Shown one piece after another: positions 18,364 through 25,985 of a stretch of 32,000 nucleotides of DNA; position 1 is the stretch's first letter, and every line of letters starts with the position of its first letter. The notes below the pieces were generated by a model, which did not search any database, had not been told where the DNA came from, and saw only the letters and a list, made by a program, of their open reading frames with translations. Source of the DNA: Pseudomonas aeruginosa (GTDB lineage: Bacteria > Pseudomonadota > Gammaproteobacteria > Pseudomonadales > Pseudomonadaceae); NCBI RefSeq assembly GCF_001457615.1, contig NZ_LN831024.1, positions 4,110,001 to 4,142,000 on the forward strand, given 5' to 3'. Position numbers and translations under genes: made by a program.

Positions 18364-18426
18364 CGTCGATCACTCCTTGCGGCGACGCGGCCGCGCCGTC
18401 GCCTCGTTCATTCGAAATACCCGGAC

Positions 18427-20277
18427 TCACAGGGCCTGGTAGCGCACGCTGAGGTAGACCGCCTGGCCAGGCTGGTTGTAGCCATACGCGGTTTCGTAGT
18501 CGGCACCGAACAGGTTGGCGATCCGGCCCTGCAGGCGCCATTCGTCGTTCAGCCGGTACTCGCTGCGCAGGTCGAGGGTGGCGTAGCCGCCCAGGCGCAC
18601 CTTGTTGGCCGGGTCATCATAGCGTCGGCCTTCGGCGTGCACGCTGGCGCCCAGCGAAAGACGCTCGAAGCGCCGGTCCAGTTCCAGGTTGAACATCCGC
18701 CGCGCCCGGCGCGGCAGCTCGTTGCCGTCGTTGACGCCGCCGGAACGGTTTTGCGGGTCGAGGAAGGTTGCGTTGGCGTTCCAGTCCCAGCCCAGCCACT
18801 GGCTGCCGAGGACCAGTTCGACGCCACGGATGCGCGCTTCGTCGATGTTGTTCGGCTGCCCCCAGGGGCGCCCCGGCGCCGGACGCGGATCGTTGCCGAT
18901 CAGGTCGTCGACGTTGGTACGGAAGGCATTCACCGCCCAGTGCCCCCAGCCATGCGTACCGCTCAGCCCGACTTCCAGGCTGCGCGAAGTCTCGGCGTCC
19001 AGGTCGGGATTGCCGTAGTCGGGGTAGTAGAGTTCGTTGAAGGTCGGCGCCTTGAACGCCGTGCCGTAGCTGACGGTGAAGCGCAGCGCGTCGCTCAGCG
19101 CGTAGCCCCAGGCGGCGCTGCCGGTATCGTGCACGCCGAACTGCTGGTTGTCGTCGCGGCGCAGGCTCAGTTGCCAATCCTGGCGACCGTACCGGCCGAG
19201 GTACTGGGCGAACCAGCCTTTGTTCAGCCGCGAGTCGACGCTGAAGGCTTCGCTGCTGCTGATCTCGTCCTTCTGCCAGTCGTAGCCGAGGGTCAGCACA
19301 TGGCCTTCGGCCAGAGTCAGGTCGTTCTGCCAGGACAGGCTGTCGCGACGGGTATCGAAGCGCGAGTAGAAACGGCCATCCTGATAGGCATCAGCCTTGT
19401 CCTCGCTGCGCCCGGCCTGGAGGGTCACCAGCCAGGGATCGAACGGAGTGAAGCGGGCACGGCCGCCGACCAGGTTCTGCTCGCCGTCGGCGTTGGCATT
19501 GAAACCGGAGTTGCCGAAGACCTGGTCATAGTCGTTGTGCGACTTGGCCCTGAGCAGGGTGCCGTCGAGTTCCAGGCCATTGTCGAAGCGATAGCCGCCG
19601 CGCAGGTTGCCGGACAGGTTGCGGTAGCCGTCGCGGTCTGGCTCATAGCCCGCAGTACCGGCGCGCTTGGTATTGATCCCCGCCGTATCGAAGCTGCTCA
19701 CCCCGAGGCTGTACCAGCCGTTGCCGGCGCCGCCGCTGACCCCGGCGCTACCCTCCAGGGTCTGATGGGTGCCGTAACCGGCGGAGAAGAACGGCTTGGC
19801 GCCCTGGCCGTCGCCGCGCCGGGTGAAGATCTGGATCACCCCGCCGATGGCCTCCGAGCCGTACAGGCTGGAACGCGGCCCGCGGACCACCTCGATGCGC
19901 TCGATCAGCTCCACCGGCAAATCCTGGAACGCGGTGAGGCCGGCGCTGGCCGAGCCGACCTTGATGCCGTCGATCAGCACCAGCACATGGTCGGACTCGG
20001 TGCCGCGCAGGAACAGCGTGGTGTTCTTGCCGAAACCGCCGTTGTTCGCCAGCGACACGCCGGGTACCTGGCGCAACAGCTCCGGCACGCTGCGCGCCTG
20101 GCTGCGCTCGATATCCTCGCGGTCGATGACGCTCACCGCCGCCAGGCTCTGGGAAGCGGTCTGGGCGGTACGGGTGGCGGTCACCACCTGGTCGGCAAGG
20201 CTGACCGGTTCGGCCAGGCTCAGGGAAGACGCGCCGCACAGCGCCACGGCTGCCGGGGTCAGGAAAACTCTGTTCAT
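18427..20277 (-). CDS. btuB: TonB-dependent outer-membrane cobalamin/corrinoid receptor
   Basis: 616-aa ORF with a signal peptide and TonB box DQVVTATR. Plug-domain motifs LFLRGTESDHVLVLIDGIKV and IEVVRGPRSSLYGSEAIGGVIQIFTR. Directly downstream of a cobalamin riboswitch. Confidence 0.9.
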   Translation of the reverse strand: MNRVFLTPAAVALCGASSLSLAEPVSLADQVVTATRTAQTASQSLAAVSVIDREDIERSQARSVPELLRQVPGVSLANNGGFGKNTTLFLRGTESDHVLVLIDGIKVGSASAGLTAFQDLPVELIERIEVVRGPRSSLYGSEAIGGVIQIFTRRGDGQGAKPFFSAGYGTHQTLEGSAGVSGGAGNGWYSLGVSSFDTAGINTKRAGTAGYEPDRDGYRNLSGNLRGGYRFDNGLELDGTLLRAKSHNDYDQVFGNSGFNANADGEQNLVGGRARFTPFDPWLVTLQAGRSEDKADAYQDGRFYSRFDTRRDSLSWQNDLTLAEGHVLTLGYDWQKDEISSSEAFSVDSRLNKGWFAQYLGRYGRQDWQLSLRRDDNQQFGVHDTGSAAWGYALSDALRFTVSYGTAFKAPTFNELYYPDYGNPDLDAETSRSLEVGLSGTHGWGHWAVNAFRTNVDDLIGNDPRPAPGRPWGQPNNIDEARIRGVELVLGSQWLGWDWNANATFLDPQNRSGGVNDGNELPRRARRMFNLELDRRFERLSLGASVHAEGRRYDDPANKVRLGGYATLDLRSEYRLNDEWRLQGRIANLFGADYETAYGYNQPGQAVYLSVRYQAL

Positions 20278-20379
20278 GCTCTACGCTGCTCCGTCGCTCT
20301 CACCCGCGCGACCTGGGTTGAGGCAGACGGAGGACGAAGCGACGGCAGGAGACGTCCGACAGCGCCCTCCGCGATGCCG

Positions 20380-20575
20380 TGGGTGCGTCAGGCCGGTCTC
20401 CGGGCTCGCGAGCGAAGCGCTGGACGCTTCCAGCCGCGCCTTCCCATGCCGGAGCACAGTGGTCATCGAGCGGCTGTCTGATTCGCCTACCGTTGCGGGG
20501 CAGCGCTGGCCTGGTTCCGACGGAACGCACCAGCTTCCCTGTTTCACCCCTTGCGGGGCACCTGTCGCAAGGCGC
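20380..20575 (-). promoter_or_regulatory. cobalamin (AdoCbl) riboswitch in the btuB-cob operon leader
   Basis: On the minus strand I read the conserved blocks GGUGCC..AAGGGGUGAAACAGGGAAGCUGGUG (plus 20528-20539 = GGGAAGCUGGUG), CUGCCCCGCAACGGUA (20488-20503), GACCACUG (20457-20464) and GGGAAGGC (20438-20445). The B12 box AGCCCGGAGACCGGCC lies at 20391-20406. A ~110-nt structured expression platform follows, up to the GGAG SD and the ATG at 20277. Confidence 0.9.
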
Positions 20576-20578
20576 GCA

Positions 20579-20607
20579 GCTTAGTGGTTCGGGGCTTGCG
20601 CGGTCAA
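20579..20607 (-). promoter_or_regulatory. candidate sigma-70 promoter for the riboswitch/btuB-cob transcript
   Basis: The minus strand reads TTGACC-N17-CTAAGC just upstream of the riboswitch core. Good -35 and spacing but a weak -10. Confidence 0.3.
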
Positions 20608-20627
20608 TGTGGGCGGCCACCGCAGAA

Positions 20628-22667
20628 CTAGCGCCCGGCTCCGGGGAGCGGGTCCGCGCGCAGCGCCGTCCCGGCCGGAGCATGGCTGCGGCACCACTGC
20701 CGCCAGGTGGCCTGCAACTGCACCAGCGCGGCGCCGGCCAGCTCGCCGCGTTCGCTGCCGGCCAGCGGGCTGGCGGCCAGGGCCTTGAGCAGGCGCGCGG
20801 TCGGCGGGTCGAGGGCGTGTTCACGCTCAGCCCGCGGGCCATCGCCCAGCAGCGCCAGGCGCAGGCGCCGCAGGTAGCGGTCGCGGGCCTGCGCCAGGGA
20901 CGCCGGGACCTCCTCCAGGCACTGCCGCAGGTAGAGCAGCTCGTCGCCGAAGTCGAGTCCCATCAGGCCGTCCGACCAGGGCTGGCGGCGCCCCTCCGGC
21001 AAACGGTCGTAGCGCTGCGCCAGGCGGATCAGGCGATCCGCGGTGCGCCCGCCGAACCAGGCCTCGGCCTGCGCCGGCGAGCGCAGGGTGAGCCGCGCCA
21101 GGTCGCCGAGGGTGGCCTGCAGCATGCGCCGGTAATGGCGTTCGCCCGGCCGCAGGCTGACCAGGTTGAACACCAGCACGGCGAAGGCCACCCCGAGCAC
21201 CGTCGACAGGGCGTTGTTGAGGAAGTGCGCGAGGTCGTAGCTCATGCTGTTGCTCGGCGCGACGTTCTTCACGAAGAAGATGCAGAACGGCGAGGCGATC
21301 CCGGCCAGGCTCGCCCGGTTCACGCACAGCGCGGCGAAGAACAGCGGTACGCCCAGGCCCAGGCAGAGCAGCGGGAAGCCGTCCACGCCGGGCAGGTAGA
21401 ACAGTGCGACGAAGCCGGCCAGCGGGATCGACAGGAGGATCCCGCGAAGGAAGTTCAGGCCGGCCTGGGCCGGGTTGTCGCGGCTGGCGAAGAGACTCAG
21501 CACCACCCCGGTGATCGACACCGCGCCCAACCCGCTCGGCCAGGCGCTGGCCAGCCAGAACGCGGCCACGCAGAGGAACGCCAGGGCGCTGCGCAGGCCG
21601 AACAGCACGCCGCGCTCGATGTCCCGGTGCCAGGCGATGGCGGCCGGCGCCTGGCGGGTGGGCGCGCCATAGACCAGCGCCTCGACGCTGCGCCCGGCCG
21701 CCCTCGCCTCGCCGAGCAGGCGTTCGAGGCAGACCAGGCACAGGTGCAACTGTCCATGCGCCGCGTCCAGCGCCAGGCGCAAGCGCTGCCGGCAGGCCTC
21801 GAACTCGGCCTGGCGGCCCTCGCGCAACAGTGCCTCGAGTTCTTCCAGCCAGGGCTGCAAGGCGTGCGCGCTGGCCGGATCGAGCAGCCTCCGCTCGCGA
21901 GCCACCTTGCGCGCCGCGCGCAGCAGGCCGAGCAGGTCGAGGCCTAGCACGCGCAAGGCCTGGGAACGGGCGCGGCCGAGCGCGCCCTCGAACCAGGCGT
22001 GGTCGCGCTGGGCGTCCGCCGCGGCGATCCGCCCCAGCGCCGCGAGCAGCTCGCCGCGTTCGTCGGCGCCGCGCAGCTCCGCCGCGGCCGCCTGCAAGCC
22101 GGCCTCCCAGGCCGCCTTGCCCTGGTTCGCCAACTGGCGTTCCAGGCGCCGCGGCCAGAGCAGCACATTCACCAGCGCCGCGCAGAGGATGCCCAGGCCG
22201 ATCTCCGAGCAGCGGGCCACCGCCTGGTCGAACACCGTCGCCGGATCGGCGCTGGCCGGCAGGGCGACGATGGCCGCGGTGTAGCCGGCCAGGACGAAAC
22301 CGTAGGACGCATGATTGTGCAGCAGCGACGCGCCGGCGGTGCAGAACGCCAGCCAGAGGGCCATCAGCAGGAGGAAGGGCAGCGATGCCTGGCCATAGAG
22401 TGCGACCATGCCGATGGACACCAGCGCACCGGCGCAGGTGCCGATCAGGCGGAACATGCCCTTGGCCAGGACCATGCCGCTATAGGGCTGGCTGACCACG
22501 AACACCGTCATCAATGCCCATTGCGGCTGCTCCAGCTCCAGGCCGAAGGCCAGGTACAGGGCCAACCCGCCGGCCAGCAGGGCCTTCACGGCGAACTGCA
22601 GTTCGTGCAGACGCGGGCACAGCAACACCTGCACCAGGTCGGAGGAAAAGAAGGAAGGCTTGGCCAT
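20628..22667 (-). CDS. FUSC-family (fusaric acid resistance / AaeB-like aromatic acid exporter) inner-membrane protein
   Basis: ORF 20628..22709. I prefer the ATG at 22667 (MAKPSFFSS...). Hallmark N-terminal LQFAVKALLAGGLALYLAFGLELEQPQWALMTVFVVSQP. Two multi-TM blocks are separated by a soluble helical region. Confidence 0.8.
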   Translation of the reverse strand: MAKPSFFSSDLVQVLLCPRLHELQFAVKALLAGGLALYLAFGLELEQPQWALMTVFVVSQPYSGMVLAKGMFRLIGTCAGALVSIGMVALYGQASLPFLLLMALWLAFCTAGASLLHNHASYGFVLAGYTAAIVALPASADPATVFDQAVARCSEIGLGILCAALVNVLLWPRRLERQLANQGKAAWEAGLQAAAAELRGADERGELLAALGRIAAADAQRDHAWFEGALGRARSQALRVLGLDLLGLLRAARKVARERRLLDPASAHALQPWLEELEALLREGRQAEFEACRQRLRLALDAAHGQLHLCLVCLERLLGEARAAGRSVEALVYGAPTRQAPAAIAWHRDIERGVLFGLRSALAFLCVAAFWLASAWPSGLGAVSITGVVLSLFASRDNPAQAGLNFLRGILLSIPLAGFVALFYLPGVDGFPLLCLGLGVPLFFAALCVNRASLAGIASPFCIFFVKNVAPSNSMSYDLAHFLNNALSTVLGVAFAVLVFNLVSLRPGERHYRRMLQATLGDLARLTLRSPAQAEAWFGGRTADRLIRLAQRYDRLPEGRRQPWSDGLMGLDFGDELLYLRQCLEEVPASLAQARDRYLRRLRLALLGDGPRAEREHALDPPTARLLKALAASPLAGSERGELAGAALVQLQATWRQWCRSHAPAGTALRADPLPGAGR

Positions 22668-22911
22668 CGCGGACGCCCCGAAATACATGAGCGAGCGAAT
22701 TATTAGCAAGCTAATTTTCTATTGTCCAGCCTCTCCGCGAACTTTCCGGAAGAGCGTTTCGCCCTGCGAAACATGCGCCACGGAGGCCCACTGGAGCCGA
22801 CCAACACGCCTGCGCAGAAGGCGCCAACTGGCAGCGGCACGCGCCAAGCGTTCGTATACAATATCCCGCACGTTCCCAACGCCATGCAGGTTGTCCCGCT
22901 TGCCTCTCTCC

Positions 22912-23580
22912 ATGCTCAACGCCCCTAACCTGGGCATCGCCCCTTCGGCCTCCGAGATCATCGCCAAGCACCTGCGCGAAGCGATCATCGCCGGGCATTT
23001 CGCCGAGGACGAACCGATCCGCCAGGACGACATCGCGCAACTCTTCAATGTCAGCAAGATTCCCGTCCGCGAGGCCCTCAAGCGCCTGGAGGCGGAAGGC
23101 CTGGTGCTGTTCCAGCGCAACAAGGGCGCGGTGGTGACGCGTATTTCCGAACCGGAACTGGCGCAGATGTTCGAAGTGCGGGTGCTGCTCGAGGCGCAGG
23201 CGATCCGCCTGGCTGTGCCGAACATGGACGAGGCCACCTTCGCCCGCGCCGAGGCGATCTGCGCCGACTTCGTCGGCGAAGACAACGTCGGCCGCTGGGC
23301 CGAACTCAACTGGCAACTGCACGCCTGCCTCTACGAACCGGCGCAGCGGCCGTTCCTGGTCAACCTGATCCGCTCCATCCACGACAAGCTGGAACGCTAC
23401 CTGCGCATGCAGATGAGCCTGTCCGAAGGCAAGCAGCGCGCCGACCAGGAACACCGCGAGATCGTCGCCGCCTGTCGCGCCGGCGATGCCGAACGGGCCG
23501 CGGCACTGATCGAGGCACATATCGTCGGGGTCTGCCGGACCCTCTACGAACACCTGCCGAACCGCCCGGCCAGCACCTGA
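22912..23580 (+). CDS. GntR-family transcriptional regulator (FadR/FCD subfamily)
   Basis: Internal ATG at 22912 (MLNAPNLGIAPSASEIIAKHLREAII...). wHTH IRQDDIAQLFNVSKIPVREALKRLEAEGLV. All-helical C-terminal FCD-like domain. The start codon is uncertain because there is no clear SD. Confidence 0.8.
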   Translation: MLNAPNLGIAPSASEIIAKHLREAIIAGHFAEDEPIRQDDIAQLFNVSKIPVREALKRLEAEGLVLFQRNKGAVVTRISEPELAQMFEVRVLLEAQAIRLAVPNMDEATFARAEAICADFVGEDNVGRWAELNWQLHACLYEPAQRPFLVNLIRSIHDKLERYLRMQMSLSEGKQRADQEHREIVAACRAGDAERAAALIEAHIVGVCRTLYEHLPNRPAST

Positions 23581-23696
23581 GCCGGGCCATCCAGGCTATG
23601 CCGCTTTCGTCACTCGCCTGAGCGAAAACCCTCAAGCGCCCCGTCCCGCCGAAACGCCACCCTGTGGCGCATACCCCGGCACAGGCGAGGGCCACC

Positions 23697-24641
23697 ATGC
23701 AACGCATCCGCATCATCGATTCGCATACCGGCGGCGAGCCCACCCGCCTGGTCATCGACGGCTTTCCCGATCTCGGCCAGGGCGACATGGCCGAGCGCCG
23801 GCGCCTGCTCGGCGAGCGCCACGACGCCTGGCGCGCCGCCTGCATCCTCGAACCGCGCGGCAGCGACGTACTGGTCGGCGCCCTGCTCTGCGCACCGGTC
23901 GATCCCGAAGCCTGTGCCGGAGTGATCTTCTTCAACAACAGTGGCTACCTCGGCATGTGCGGCCACGGCACCATCGGCCTGGTCGCCTCGCTGGCACACC
24001 TCGGGCGGATCGGTCCCGGCGTGCACCGCATCGAGACGCCGGTCGGCGAGGTCGAGGCGACCCTCCACGAGGACGGCTCGGTCAGCGTGCGCAACGTGCC
24101 GGCCTACCGCTACCGTCGCCAGGTCAGCGTCGAAGTGCCCGGCATCGGCCGGGTCAGCGGCGACATCGCCTGGGGCGGCAACTGGTTCTTCCTGGTCGCC
24201 GGACACGGCCAGCGCCTCGCCGGCGACAACCTCGACGCCCTCACCGCCTACACCGTCGCCGTCCAGCAGGCGCTGGACGACCAGGACATCCGCGGCGAGG
24301 ACGGCGGCGCCATCGATCACATCGAACTGTTCGCCGACGACCCCCACGCCGACAGCCGCAACTTCGTGCTCTGCCCCGGCAAGGCCTACGACCGCTCGCC
24401 CTGCGGCACCGGCACCAGCGCCAAGCTGGCCTGCCTGGCCGCCGACGGCAAGCTGCTGCCCGGCCAGCCCTGGCGCCAGGCGAGCGTGATCGGCAGCCAG
24501 TTCGAGGGGCGTTACGAGTGGCTCGACGGCCAGCCCGGCGGGCGCATCGTGCCGACCATCCGCGGCCGCGCCCACGTCAGCGCGGAAGCCACCCTGCTGC
24601 TGGCGGACGACGATCCGTTCGCCTGGGGCATCCGCCGGTGA
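23697..24641 (+). CDS. lhpA: 4-hydroxyproline 2-epimerase (proline racemase family)
   Basis: ATG at 23697 ([19 protein letters not shown]...) with GAGGG SD. Both catalytic cysteines of racemase/epimerase members are present ([10 protein letters not shown] and [11 protein letters not shown]). The stop overlaps the next gene's GTG (GTGA). Confidence 0.88.
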   Translation: MQRIRIIDSHTGGEPTRLVIDGFPDLGQGDMAERRRLLGERHDAWRAACILEPRGSDVLVGALLCAPVDPEACAGVIFFNNSGYLGMCGHGTIGLVASLAHLGRIGPGVHRIETPVGEVEATLHEDGSVSVRNVPAYRYRRQVSVEVPGIGRVSGDIAWGGNWFFLVAGHGQRLAGDNLDALTAYTVAVQQALDDQDIRGEDGGAIDHIELFADDPHADSRNFVLCPGKAYDRSPCGTGTSAKLACLAADGKLLPGQPWRQASVIGSQFEGRYEWLDGQPGGRIVPTIRGRAHVSAEATLLLADDDPFAWGIRR

Positions 24642-25752
24642 ACGCCGAGGTCATCGTGGTCGGCGCCGGCATCGTCGGCAGCGCCTGCGCCCATGAACTG
24701 GCGCGTCGCGGCCTCGACGTACTGGTGCTGGACAGCCGCCGCGGCGGTGCCACCGCGGTGGGCATGGGCCATCTGGTGGCGATGGACGACAACCCGGCCG
24801 AACTGGCCCTCAGCGACTACTCGATCCAGGCCTGGCGCGCCTGGGCGGCGGATCTGCCGGAAGACTGCGCGTACCGCAATTGCGGCACCCTCTGGCTGGC
24901 CGCCGACGCCAGCGAACTCGCCGAGGCCGAACGCAAGCGCCAGGCGCTGCAAGCCGCCGGCGTTGCCTGCCGGATGCTTGGCGCCGCGCGCCTGTACGCC
25001 CTCGAACCGGCCCTGCGGCCGGGCCTGGCCGGCGCCCTGGAGGTGTCCGGCGACGGCATCCTCTACGCGCCCAACGCCGCGCGCTGGCTGCTCGACCAGG
25101 CCGGGCCGCGCCTGCGCCGGCTGTACGCCGAAGTCAGCGAAGTGGACGGCAGCCGCCTGCGCCTGGCCGACGGCCGCTGGCTGAGCGCCGAGGCGCTGGT
25201 GCTGGCCAACGGCATCCATGCCGGCGAGCTGTGCGCGGAGCTGCCGATCCGCCCGAAGAAAGGCCACCTGCTGATCACCGACCGCTATCCCGGCACCCTC
25301 CGCCATCAACTGGTGGAACTCGGCTATGTCAGCAGCGCCCACGCCAGCAGCGGTACCTCGGTAGCCTTCAACGCCCAGCCGCGCCCCACCGGGCAGGTCT
25401 TCCTCGGCTCCTCGCGGCAGTTCGACACGCTCGACCCGCAGGTGGAAGGCCCGGTGCTGGCGCGCATGCTGCGGCGTGCCCTGGACTACCTGCCGGGCTC
25501 GCCGGCCTCAATGCGATCCGCGCCTGGACCGGCTTCCGCGCCGCCACTCCGGACGGCCTGCCGCTGCTTGGCGAGCACCCGGCGCAGCCGGGCCTGTGGC
25601 TGGCGGTCGGCCACGAGGGCCTGGGCGTGACCACCGCGCCGGGCAGCGCGCGCCTGCTCGCCGCCCAGTTGCTCGGCGAAACGCCGCCGCTGGATGCCAC
25701 GCCTTATCTGCCGCAACGCTTCCTCTCCAGCTCCGGGAGTGCCCGGCCATGA
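24638..25752 (+). pseudogene. lhpB: FAD-dependent (DAO-family) D-hydroxyproline dehydrogenase subunit, interrupted by a 1-nt frameshift near 25498/25499
   Basis: The N-terminal Rossmann motif VIVVGAGIVGSACAHELARRG is in the frame of 24638. That frame ends prematurely at 25630 after nonsense-looking residues. The conserved C-terminus LAGLNAIRAWTGFRAATPDGLPLLG...GHEGLGVTTAPGSARLLA continues in the -1 frame to 25752. See findings. Confidence 0.75.
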
Positions 25753-25985
25753 TCGAACTGTTCATCGACCGGCGTCCGCTGCGGGTCGCCGTCGGCACCA
25801 GCGTGGCGGCCGCCCTCGCCCTCGGCGGCGACGGCTGCTCCCGCAGCGCGGTCGGCGGCGGGCGGCGCGCGCCGTTCTGCGGCATGGGCGCGTGCCAGGA
25901 ATGCCGGGTATTGATCGACGGTCGGCGACGCCTGGCCTGCCAGACCGTCTGCCAATCCGGCATGCGCGTGGAGACCCAGGCATGA
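25749..25985 (+). CDS. lhpE: small [2Fe-2S]-binding subunit (HcnA/OoxA-small-subunit-like) of D-hydroxyproline dehydrogenase
   Basis: 78-aa ORF MIELFIDRRPLRV... with the Cys cluster FCGMGACQECRV...LACQT. ATGA overlaps on both sides (25749-25752 and 25982-25985). Confidence 0.8.
   Translation: MIELFIDRRPLRVAVGTSVAAALALGGDGCSRSAVGGGRRAPFCGMGACQECRVLIDGRRRLACQTVCQSGMRVETQA

Noticed and set aside
18381-18403. Hairpin GGCGACG-N9-CGTCGCC between btuB and cobO as an internal terminator
   Set aside because: There is no U-tract on the transcribed (minus) strand, and it is followed directly by the cobO AAGGAG SD. It is more likely an mRNA-stability or processing element, or just GC-rich chance pairing. 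It does not support splitting the operon.
17596-20481. 961-aa plus-strand ORF spanning cobB, cobO, btuB and the riboswitch leader
   Set aside because: It is antisense to three motif-rich genes and an RNA element. The translation is Ala/Gly/Val/Arg-rich low complexity with no recognisable domain. Long stop-free antisense frames are expected at this GC content.
20281-20842. ORFs 20281..20547 (-) and 20300..20842 (-) upstream of btuB
   Set aside because: They lie over the cobalamin riboswitch and its expression platform, and the second also overlaps the 3' end of the FUSC gene (stop at 20628) out of frame. The conserved RNA motifs explain the leader sequence, and the peptides have no protein-like features.
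23664-23696. GTG-initiated 11-codon N-terminal extension of lhpA
   Set aside because: The ATG at 23697 has a GAGGG SD and begins the conserved [16 protein letters not shown]-terminus. The GTG at 23664 lies inside a palindrome and has no SD.
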